A DNA stretch of 38,013 nucleotides from Actinomycetota bacterium (GTDB taxonomy: Bacteria; Actinomycetota; CADDZG01; JAHWKV01; JAOPZY01), in contig JAOPZY010000075.1 of assembly GCA_025963875.1 (NCBI GenBank), positions 1 through 38,013 on the forward strand, read 5' to 3'. Shown here in pieces: positions 8,552-17,100 of this stretch (its first letter is position 1; each line of letters begins with the position of its first letter). Both the position numbers and the translations under genes were made by a program. The notes under the pieces were generated by a model, which searched no databases, was not told the DNA's origin, and saw only the letters and a program-made list of their open reading frames with translations.

Positions 8552-9397
8552 CTAGGACTCGTCAGGCCCGGGACCCTCGAAGTCGAGGGGGATCCTCTGC
8601 CCCAGCCGGGTCGCCACCACCAGCCGGGCGGAACCGGCAAGGACCGCGGCGTGGTAGACGGGGTGGAACCACCACTGGACCCGCACCTCGAAGGCCCCCC
8701 GTTCGATGCCGCGCACGATGGCCCTCGCCACCCGGGCCGGCTCCATGACGGTCCAGGCCAGGCCGGGGACCGCTTTGACCTTGGCCATGGGGAACCCTTC
8801 GGTGTCCACGGGGCCGGGGTTCACCATCATCACTTTGATGCCCCTGGCGGTCAGGTCGTGCCACAGCGACTCCGTCATGCCGACGAGGCCGAACTTGGAA
8901 GCCGTGTAGTCGGAGGACCGGGGGATGGCGACCCTGCCGGCGATCGACGCCACGTTGGCGACCACCGGCATCCGCAGGGTCGCCGGCGCCGCCTCCAGCA
9001 GGGGAAGCAACTCTCGGGTGCAGAACATCGGCCCGAGCAGGTTCGTGCGGATCACTGCCTCCATGTCCTCCGATGTCGCGGACGACAGGGGGCCGGCAGA
9101 GCGGATGCCCGCGTTGTTCACCAGCACGTCGAGGTGATCGACGTGCTCGGCGACGGTCTCTGCGAGGTCGCGCACCTGCCGCAGGTCCCCCACGTCGCAG
9201 ACGACGTACTGGTGCGGGTCGCCCCCCATCTCCTCGACCAGCAGTTTCAGGGCGTCCGCCCGCCGGGCGGTGACGAAGACCCGTGCCCCACGCCTGGCGA
9301 GGTCGAGGGCAAGCGCCCGCCCGATCCCGCTGGAGGCGCCGGTGACGAGCGCCGTTCTCCCAATCCACCGCACCGCCGCCGGCTCGCGGCGGCTCAC
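8552..9397 (-). CDS. SDR family NAD(P)-dependent oxidoreductase
   Basis: TGASSGIG, NNAG, YTASK motifs. Confidence 0.95.
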   Translation of the reverse strand: MSRREPAAVRWIGRTALVTGASSGIGRALALDLARRGARVFVTARRADALKLLVEEMGGDPHQYVVCDVGDLRQVRDLAETVAEHVDHLDVLVNNAGIRSAGPLSSATSEDMEAVIRTNLLGPMFCTRELLPLLEAAPATLRMPVVANVASIAGRVAIPRSSDYTASKFGLVGMTESLWHDLTARGIKVMMVNPGPVDTEGFPMAKVKAVPGLAWTVMEPARVARAIVRGIERGAFEVRVQWWFHPVYHAAVLAGSARLVVATRLGQRIPLDFEGPGPDES

Positions 9398-10083
9398 AGA
9401 CAGTGTTCCGGCTCGTCAGGGGCCCTCGTCGTCCAGATCTCGGACGGCGGCCCGCCCTCTTTCACCCGGTAGAGGCTGACCGTTCCGGCCCCGAGGACCA
9501 GGCATCCGTCCGCCTCGAGCACGAGGCCGGTCGCCTCGTCGATGCCGAGAACCCGCCCGTCGCCGACCGCGTACCCAACCCGGAGCAGGCGCGCCCGCCA
9601 GCGTTCGAAGTGGGGCACGATGACGAGGTCGTGGAGGAGGCCCAGGCCGGGCTGGGTGGACTTCGACCAGGGGATCAGCATGCGGTCGCAGAGCACCATC
9701 GCCCCGGCGCTGGAGCCGGCGACGGTGGCCCCGGCGCCGAGAGCGTCGAGCACGCCGTCCCAGGCGGGGGTCCCCGTCAACACGGAGTGGAGATGGCGGG
9801 GATCGCCCCCGGCGATGTACAGAAACCGCGCGGAGGCCAATCGATCGCGCCATTGGGAATTCTCGGCGTCCGCGCGCGTGAGCACCGGCGCCGCCCGGAC
9901 CTCGCCGCCCAGGCTGTGGAAGTACCGGGCCGCTGTGGCGACCGCCATCTCGGGATGGTCCTTGGCGGCGGTGGGCAGCACCGTCACGACGCTGGAACCC
10001 GACCGCTCCAGCAGCCAGGCATCCAGCGGGGCCGCCGGGGGACGCCATTCCGCCCCCCCGACGAGGGCGAGCGTCCCCCTCAC
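9394..10083 (-). CDS. Peptidase S51 / cyanophycinase-like protein
   Basis: LALVGGAE, LPTA, YIAGGDP, GSSAGAM, VPHF, LGIDEATG. Confidence 0.9.
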   Translation of the reverse strand: MRGTLALVGGAEWRPPAAPLDAWLLERSGSSVVTVLPTAAKDHPEMAVATAARYFHSLGGEVRAAPVLTRADAENSQWRDRLASARFLYIAGGDPRHLHSVLTGTPAWDGVLDALGAGATVAGSSAGAMVLCDRMLIPWSKSTQPGLGLLHDLVIVPHFERWRARLLRVGYAVGDGRVLGIDEATGLVLEADGCLVLGAGTVSLYRVKEGGPPSEIWTTRAPDEPEHCL

Positions 10084-10113
10084 GGTCTTCCCACCCGGCT
10101 ACCCTGTGTCCCC

Positions 10114-10746
10114 ATGACCACCACCGTCGTCCACCTTGTCCGCCATGCCGAGGTCGAGAACCCCGACAGCATCTGGTACGGGCATCTCGAGGGCTTCCCC
10201 CTCTCGGCCAAGGGCCGGGAGACGGCGGAGGCACTCGGCGAGTTCTTTGCTTCCCATACTCTGGCGGCGGTCTACACGAGCCCGCTCACCAGGGCACAGG
10301 AGACGGCCATGCCGATCGCCCGCGCCCGGGGGTTGGACGTGGTCGTCTGCGAGGACATCGTCGAGACCCAGAGCTACCTGCAGGGACAGCACGCAGATCG
10401 TCGCGTCTTCCTCAAACCCCGTAACCTCCGGTATTTCATCAATCCGTTCCGCCCGACCTGGGGGGAGCCCTATCGTAGCGTCGCGGCCCGGATGGTTCGG
10501 GCGGTGGAGACCATGCGGCGTGCCCATCCAGGTGGAGAAGTCGTGGCGGTGTCCCACATGACGCCCATCCAGGTCGCCCGCCTGGCGGTGGAGGGCCGTC
10601 CACTCCAGCCATGGCTCAGGAGGGTTCCGTGCCGGCGAGGCTCGGTGACGACGCTCGAGTTCGAGGACGACCGCTACGCACGCACGGTCTACCGCGAGAT
10701 CGGGACCGCCTCGGCGCCGAGCCCGGACTCGTCGACCTCGGGCTAA
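10114..10746 (+). CDS. Histidine phosphatase (phosphoglycerate mutase family)
   Basis: VHLVRHAEVENP, TSPLTRAQETA, VAVSH. Confidence 0.92.
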   Translation: MTTTVVHLVRHAEVENPDSIWYGHLEGFPLSAKGRETAEALGEFFASHTLAAVYTSPLTRAQETAMPIARARGLDVVVCEDIVETQSYLQGQHADRRVFLKPRNLRYFINPFRPTWGEPYRSVAARMVRAVETMRRAHPGGEVVAVSHMTPIQVARLAVEGRPLQPWLRRVPCRRGSVTTLEFEDDRYARTVYREIGTASAPSPDSSTSG

Positions 10747-10752
10747 TCGCCC

Positions 10753-11133
10753 CTAGTCGATCGGGTAGCCCTGGCGGGCCCAGCCGACGAAGCCAGCCTT
10801 CATCGACACTACGTTGCGGTAGCCGAGCTTCTGGAGCAGGTCGGCCGCCAGGATGGATCGCTTGCCGGTGGCGCACTGGGCGACGATGAGCTTGTCGGTT
10901 CGCCCGGTGAGGTCGGGGTTCGGTCGCGGCCCCGAAGGATCGGCCACGAGGTCAAGCTGGCCGAGCGGCACGAGGACGGCGCCGGGGATGTGGCCCATGT
11001 CCCACTCGTGGGACTCCCGGACGTCGAGGATGATGGCATCGGGATCCCCCTCCACCATCTCCTTCGCCTCGGCCGCCGAGACCTCCCGCACATTGGGCCG
11101 TGCAGCTTCCACCATGTCTGAGAACGAGGGCAT
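10753..11133 (-). CDS. Single-domain rhodanese (MoeZ N-terminal-like)
   Basis: ILDVRESHEWDMGHIPGA, CATGKRS with catalytic Cys, GFVGW; GGAGG RBS. Confidence 0.92.
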   Translation of the reverse strand: MPSFSDMVEAARPNVREVSAAEAKEMVEGDPDAIILDVRESHEWDMGHIPGAVLVPLGQLDLVADPSGPRPNPDLTGRTDKLIVAQCATGKRSILAADLLQKLGYRNVVSMKAGFVGWARQGYPID

Positions 11134-11187
11134 CTCCACCTCCGCGTCGGGGCCCGGGGGCCTTGCGGCCCAGGCATATATTCCTCC

Positions 11188-11907
11188 ATGATGATCATCC
11201 GCCGCGGACCCAGCGAGCTCCTGGCGATCACCCAGCCCGACCACGCCCGCCTCGCCGGAGCCCTCGCCGAGGCGTGGGGGGACCACCCCGGGCCCTCCCT
11301 CGTCGCAGCGTCCCATCACCACGACGACGGGTGGATCGCGTGGGAGGACGTCCCCACCATCGACGACCAGGGCCGCCCCCACGACTTCCTGACGATCCCC
11401 ATGAACGAGCGGGTGACCGCCTACCGCCGGGGCATCGAACTCCTGGCTACGACCGACCTCTATGCCGGCCTCCTCACCTCCCTGCATTTCGGACGCCTCC
11501 TCGCCGAGGGCCTGGGGGCCGTGGAGGGCGACGCCCGGGCCACCGCCGAATCCTTCCTCGCCCAGCAGGCCCGCTGGGAGGAGCAGGCCCGGCGGGAGCT
11601 TGGCGATCCGGCGGGCGTCGAGGCCGACTACCACGTGCTCAGAGGCGTGGACTACCTCTCGCTCCTGCTCTGCATGCGCCCGCTGGACGAACTCGACGGG
11701 ACGCCGGTCACCACGATGACGATGACCGTCGAGGACGGGCGGGTGGCGCTGTACCCGTACCCGTTCGACGTCGAGGAGCTCGGCGTATCAGTCCCGCTGC
11801 GCAGCCTCCCGGCGACGGCGTTCGAGGACGACGAGGCCTACCGGTCGGCACTCCGGGCCGCACCGGTCGAGACGCTCAGCTGGACGCTTTCACGCCCTCG
11901 GCGCTGA
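11188..11907 (+). CDS. DUF3891 family protein
   Basis: ITQPDHARLAGALAEAWG, HHDDGW, YAGLLTSLH, DYLSLLLC. Confidence 0.85.
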   Translation: MMIIRRGPSELLAITQPDHARLAGALAEAWGDHPGPSLVAASHHHDDGWIAWEDVPTIDDQGRPHDFLTIPMNERVTAYRRGIELLATTDLYAGLLTSLHFGRLLAEGLGAVEGDARATAESFLAQQARWEEQARRELGDPAGVEADYHVLRGVDYLSLLLCMRPLDELDGTPVTTMTMTVEDGRVALYPYPFDVEELGVSVPLRSLPATAFEDDEAYRSALRAAPVETLSWTLSRPRR

Positions 11908-12355
11908 GGCGCGCCCGCAGCCACGACAGGCTGTCGGGCTGGTCCATTGCCTGCTCCCAGCCCGCCAGGACGCGGTCGACCTGCTCGGCGTCGGGGATCG
12001 TGCCGAGGACCTCCACCTCCAGGTCCTCCATCAGGGCCTCCTTGTTGTAGTCCTCGGACTCGTCGTTCGTCTTCGCCTTGATCTGGCGGGGGTGGATCAG
12101 GTGCTGGGCGGCCCCGAGGATGCGGTGCTCGATGCGGGACACGGCCCGGGCGTCGTCCTCCAGGGCGTACCCGGTCCAGCCGACGAGCGGATCCACCACG
12201 GGCTTGCGCATGAGGTAGAGCTCGCCGGACCCGCTGTTCCAGTACAGGTCCCAGAGACTGTGCTCGTCGGCGGCGTCGCGCCAGCCCAGGCCGAACTGGC
12301 GGTCCTCACCGCTGCGGCGTCGGGGGTCGGCGTCATAGAACTCCTCGATGTCCAC
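11876..12355 (-). CDS. Hypothetical protein (159 aa)
   Basis: GAAAGGAAG RBS, GTG start directly downstream of the HxlR gene; natural composition (DIEEFYDADPRRR...WEQAMDQPDSLSWLRARL). Confidence 0.75.
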   Translation of the reverse strand: MDIEEFYDADPRRRSGEDRQFGLGWRDAADEHSLWDLYWNSGSGELYLMRKPVVDPLVGWTGYALEDDARAVSRIEHRILGAAQHLIHPRQIKAKTNDESEDYNKEALMEDLEVEVLGTIPDAEQVDRVLAGWEQAMDQPDSLSWLRARLSAEGVKASS

Positions 12356-12368
12356 GGTCGTCTTCCTT

Positions 12369-12785
12369 TCAAATGAAGCGGAGCTCGGGTTCGGCGTCGT
12401 CGAGGATGACAGCGCAGGTCGGGCAGTACCAGCGCGGCTCCATCGGCGTGCCGCACACCTCATGGCGGGCCCCCTCGGCCCCCGAGTGCCTGGCGCCCCA
12501 GTCGCCCAGCAACCGGAGGGCCCCGGCGAGGTCCTGTCCCTCCTCGCTGAGGCGGTAGGCGAAACGCGGTGGACGCTGCGAGTAGGCCTCGGCGACGACG
12601 AGGAACTCCTTCTCCAGGTGCTTGAGACGCTGGGACAGGATGTTCGGTGCGATCCCCGGCAGCGCCTCGATGAGGTCGTTGAACCGTCGGGGGCCCTCGA
12701 GCAGCGCCTCGACCAGCAGCATCGTCCAGCGGTCGCCCACCCGGGCCACCGCCGCGGCAAGAGGCGTCACCGGCGGGTCGTTCAT
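12369..12785 (-). CDS. HxlR-family winged-helix transcriptional regulator
   Basis: VGDRWTMLLV...GPRRFNDL...GIAPNILSQRLKHL...YRLSEEG; C-terminal HEVCG/CPTC. Confidence 0.92.
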   Translation of the reverse strand: MNDPPVTPLAAAVARVGDRWTMLLVEALLEGPRRFNDLIEALPGIAPNILSQRLKHLEKEFLVVAEAYSQRPPRFAYRLSEEGQDLAGALRLLGDWGARHSGAEGARHEVCGTPMEPRWYCPTCAVILDDAEPELRFI

Positions 12786-12823
12786 GGGCTCATGGTATCC
12801 GCCCCCATCAAAGGCCGGTTCAT

Positions 12824-12848
12824 GGTAACTTGTTGATTGCAAGTCACT
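12824..12848. promoter_or_regulatory. Inverted repeat, candidate HxlR operator
   Basis: GGTAACTTG-TTGATTG-CAAGTCACT, an AT-rich imperfect palindrome between the divergent regulator and protease genes. Confidence 0.55.
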
Positions 12849-12868
12849 ATCGAGCACAGGAGGCAGAG

Positions 12869-13774
12869 ATGGGCGTACTGCAGGAGCTGGAAGAGGCAGT
12901 TGGGTCCGTCGCAACCAAGGCCGGCGCGTCCGTCGTCGGCATCGGCGGCGGCTGGGGGCATGGGTCGGGCGTCGTCATCTCCGACGGAAAGGTCCTGACC
13001 AACGCCCACAACGTGCGCGGCGACCAGGTGACCGTCGTGTTCGCCGACGGGCGCACCGCCACCGGTGAGGTGACCGGCACCGACCTCGACGGCGACCTCG
13101 CGGTCGTGTCCGTCGACACCACCGGTGCGCCGCCCATCGAGTGGCAGGCGGGATCCGACGCACCCGCGGTCGGGGCTGCGGTCTTCGCCCTCTCCAACCG
13201 GGGTGGCCGGGGCCTCAGGGTCACATTCGGTCAGGTCTCGTCGGTCGGCCGCGGCTTCCGTGGCCCACGCGGGCGGCGCATCGCCGGGAGCATCGAGCAC
13301 ACGGCACCCATGGCGCACGGCTCGTCCGGAGGGCCGGTCGTCGACGCAACGGGCCGCTTCGTGGCCCTCAACACCAACCGCGCCGGGGAGGGCTTCTACC
13401 TGGCCCTGCCCGCCGACGCCGAGCTCGGGCAGCGGGTCGAGGCCTTGAGCAAGGGTGAGTCGCCCTTCCGGCCGCACCTCGGCATCGGGATCATCCCGGG
13501 CCGGGTGGCTCGCCGGCTCCGCCGGGCCGTCGGCCTGCCCGACCGGGACGGCCTGCTGGTGCGGGTGGTCGAGGAAGGCAGCCCGGCCGCGGCAGCCGGC
13601 CTCGAGCAGGGCGACTACATCGTGCAGGTGGCGGGGGCCGAGGCCGGCACCCTCGAAGACCTCTACAAGGCCCTCGAGGGCCTGCAGCCGGGGGCGACGC
13701 TGGAGGTGGCGCTGGTCCGAGGCACCGAAGAGCGGACCGCCACGCTGACGCTGGCCGCACCCACCGAAGCCTAG
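12869..13774 (+). CDS. Trypsin-like (S1C/HtrA-type) serine protease with C-terminal PDZ, no signal peptide
   Basis: TNAHNV, DLAVV, GSSGGP triad; GSPAAAAGLEQGDYI PDZ; AGGAGG RBS. Confidence 0.92.
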   Translation: MGVLQELEEAVGSVATKAGASVVGIGGGWGHGSGVVISDGKVLTNAHNVRGDQVTVVFADGRTATGEVTGTDLDGDLAVVSVDTTGAPPIEWQAGSDAPAVGAAVFALSNRGGRGLRVTFGQVSSVGRGFRGPRGRRIAGSIEHTAPMAHGSSGGPVVDATGRFVALNTNRAGEGFYLALPADAELGQRVEALSKGESPFRPHLGIGIIPGRVARRLRRAVGLPDRDGLLVRVVEEGSPAAAAGLEQGDYIVQVAGAEAGTLEDLYKALEGLQPGATLEVALVRGTEERTATLTLAAPTEA

Positions 13775-13803
13775 GAGGCCGGGGGGCCGGGCGGCCGGGA
13801 GCC

Positions 13804-14047
13804 TAGGAGTGGGTCGCGCGCATGCGCGCGAACGGCGACTAACCTCGGCCCGGGCGGTCGGCAGGCGGGCTCAGACCGGCCCGAGCGTGGCGGGCCGCCG
13901 AAGTTAGGAGCACAGCGCGCGCATGCGCGCGAACGGCGACTAACCTCCGCCCGGGCCGTCGGCGGGCGGGCTCAGACCGGCCCGAACGTGGCGGGCCCCC
14001 AAGTTAGGAGCACAGCGCGCGCATGCGCGCGAAGGGCGACTAACCTC
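13804..14047 (+). repeat. Tandem array of ~100-bp units with a 47-bp palindromic core (3 cores)
   Basis: AAGTTAGGAGCACAG-CGCGCGCATGCGCGCG-AA(C/G)GGCGACTAACCTC at 13901 and 14001, plus a 5'-diverged copy at 13804; the linkers are near-identical. Confidence 0.92.
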
Positions 14048-14068
14048 GGGCGTCCAAGGCCTCACGCG

Positions 14069-14097
14069 CTCCCGCCGGCACGAAGGGCCGGCGGGAG
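14069..14097. terminator. Hairpin between convergent genes
   Basis: CTCCCGCCGGC-ACGAAGG-GCCGGCGGGAG, perfect 11-bp stem. Confidence 0.6.
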
Positions 14098-14127
14098 GGG
14101 GTCGAGCGAGAGCGTGGGGGGGAGACG

Positions 14128-17100
14128 CTACCCGCTCGAAGTCACACCGTTGATCGGCTTGTTCAGCCGCCGACCGCCCATGCTGCCCAGGAACGGGGCG
14201 TCGCCGAAGCTGAAGATCCCGCCGTCCGCTCCTCCCAGCCAGTAGCCCTGGCCGCCGACGGTGGCGGCGAACCCAACCACCGGCGCCTGGAGGTGCATGC
14301 CGGCGAGCGAGCCCAGGACGGGGGCGTCGCCGAAGCCGAACACGCTGCCATCGGAAGCGACGAGCCAGTAGCCCTGGCCGCTCAGCGTGGCGGCCATCGC
14401 CACGATGGGGGCCTTGAGGCGCTGGGCAGCCAGGCCGCCGAAGTTGCCGGCATCGCCGAAGGTGGAGACGGCCCCGTTGGTGGCGACCAGCCAGTAGCCC
14501 TGGCCGCTCGGCGTGGCCGCCATCGCCACGATCGGGGCATTGAGGTGCGCGCCGCCGCCCGAGCCGAAGAACCCGGCGTCACCGTAGGCGAACACCCCGC
14601 CGTCGGAGGCGAAGAGCCAGTAGCCCTGGCGGCTCGGCGTCGCGGTCATGGCCACCACCGGGCGGTTGATCGCCATGCTGCCGGTGGAGCCGAAGAACCG
14701 CGCGTTGCCGAAGGTGAAGACCCCGCCGTCCGAGCCGAAGAGCCAGTAGCCGCCGCTGGGGGCGCTGCTGGCGACCTGTGGCGCCAGGACGACGCCCTGG
14801 CCGCCGGCCAGCAACCCGAGGCTGGACTGGAAGCTCGCGTCGCCACTGTAGTTGGCGACGACGGTGTGGCCGCCGACGGCCAGGGCGCCGGTCGAAAGCG
14901 TCGCCAGGCCGCCGGACAGGGCCACGGCGCCGCCGGCGTTGGCCCCGTCGATCACGAACTGGACGCTGCCGCCCGGCGTGCCTGCTGCCGGCGCAACGGG
15001 GCCGACGGTGGCCGAGAAGACCACGGTTTCGCCGGAGATGGTGGGGTTCTTCGAGGAGGAGACAGCGACGGACGCGCTGGGCCGGTTGCCGACCGTCTGA
15101 CCCCCCGAGAGGGTCCCGCTGCTCGAGTTGAAGTTGATGCTCGAACTGTAGACGGCCGCCACGCTGTGGTTGCCGGACGTGAGCGAGCTGATGGAGCCCG
15201 AGGTGGCGGAGCCGCCGGAGAGTGTGACGGGGCTCCCGAAGCTGGCGCCGTCGATCACGAACTGGACGGTGCCATCGGGAGTGCCGGCGCCGTTGCCGGC
15301 AGGGTCGACCTCGGCGTTGAACTGCACAGCCTGGCCGAAGGTCGAGGCGTTCTGGGACGACGAGACGGTGGTCGACGAGTCCGACCGGTCCACGACCTGG
15401 TCCGACGGGAGGTCGCCGGTGCTCGTGGTGAAGTTCGCGTCGCCCACGTACCTCGCCGTCACAGAGTGGGACCCGGTACTCAGGCCGGTCGTTGCCGGCG
15501 AGGTTGCGGACCCGCCCGACAGCGTCCCGGTGCCGAGGCTGACGTTGCCGGAGAAGAACTCGACGTTGCCGGTCGGGCTGCCCACACCTGGCGCAACCGG
15601 GGCCACCGTGGCGGAGAACTGCACCGATTGCCCGAAGGCCGAGGGGTTGGCGGACGAGGCGACGTTGGTGGTCGCGGTGCTGGCAGGGATGACGGCGTGG
15701 GCGACCGTGCCGGTGTCCGGCCTGTAGCTCAGGCTGCCGCCGTACCTCGCTGTGATGGTGTGGGCGCCGATCGACAGCGCGCCCGTCGCCGTGGATGTCG
15801 CAACGCCGGCGGTGAGGTTGACGGGGGTGCCGAAGGTGCCGTCGTCGATCAAGAACTGGACGGTGCCGGTCGGCGTGCCCTGGGTACCGGTCAGCGTCGC
15901 AACGAACTGCACGGGCTGGCCGAACCTCGACGGTGTCGACGGCGAGGTGACGGTGTTGGTGGCGTCGACCTGCAGCACGACCTGGGTGGTGAGGACGCCC
16001 GAGGTGCTGGGCATGAAGTTGGTGTCGCCCGTATAGGTGGCCGTGACCTGGTGGATGCCGACACTCAGGGCCGAGGTCGGGACCGAGGATCCGGATCCGC
16101 CGGAGACGGCGGCCGGGCTGCCGAGGGTCGATCCGTCGACGTAGAACTGGACCGTACCGCCCGTAGGCGTCCCCGCTCCCGGCGCCACCGCAACGACGGT
16201 GGCCGTGAAGGTGACGTCCTGCCCGGACGACGAGGGGCTGGGCGACGCGGAGACCGTTGTCGTGGTGCCCGCGGGGTTGACTGTCTGCGTCGTCGTATTG
16301 AAGGCGCCCGAGGCGAAGTTGGCGTCGCCGAGGTAGGTGGCCCTGATGGCGCGGTCCCCGCGGACGAGGGCGGTGTCGGTGGTCGTTGCCACGCCACCCA
16401 CGACGGCCACCGGCTCTCCGGCAGGGTTCCCGTCGGAGCTGAACTGCACGGTGCCAGTCGGCACCCCGGCTCCGGGGGCGACAGCCGTGACGGTGGTCGA
16501 GAACGTCACCGTCTGGCCGAAGACCGAAGGGTTGGGATCCGTGCTGACCGTGAGGGTCACGCCGGCTTGGTTGACCGTCTGACCGGTGGACCCGCTGCTC
16601 GGCTTGAAGGTCGGGTGCCCGCACGACGGCTGGAATGAGACCGAAAAGCACCCGCACGGCTGGAATGAGGAGACCGAACCGCAGACGACCCAGAACCTCG
16701 GGACATAGGTGGCCGTGACGGTGTGCATCCCGGCGGTCAGGCTGCTGATCTCTGGCGACACGGCGGAGCCGCTTACCAGGGAGACGCTGCTGCCGAAGTT
16801 GGTTCCGTCGGCAGAGAACTGGACCCAGCCGTCCGGGACGCCGGCGCCGGGGGCAACCGGCAGCACGGTGGCCGTAAAGCTAACGGGCTCACCGAACACC
16901 GTGGTGGGCTTTGCGGAGGTCACGGTGGTCGTGGTGCCGGCAGCGCCCACGGTTTGGGTCAGCGTTCCGGAGTTGCTGCCGTTGAAGTTGGTGTCACCGG
17001 TGTAGGTCGCGGTCACCTGGTTGTCGCCGACCGGCAGGCTGGAGATTGAGGCAGTCGTCGTGACCCCGCCGACAAGCGAGTCGGTCTCAAACAGGCCGCC

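Noticed and set aside
13804..14047. CRISPR array
   Set aside because: The ~53-bp linkers are near-identical to each other rather than unique spacers, and there are no cas genes in the window.
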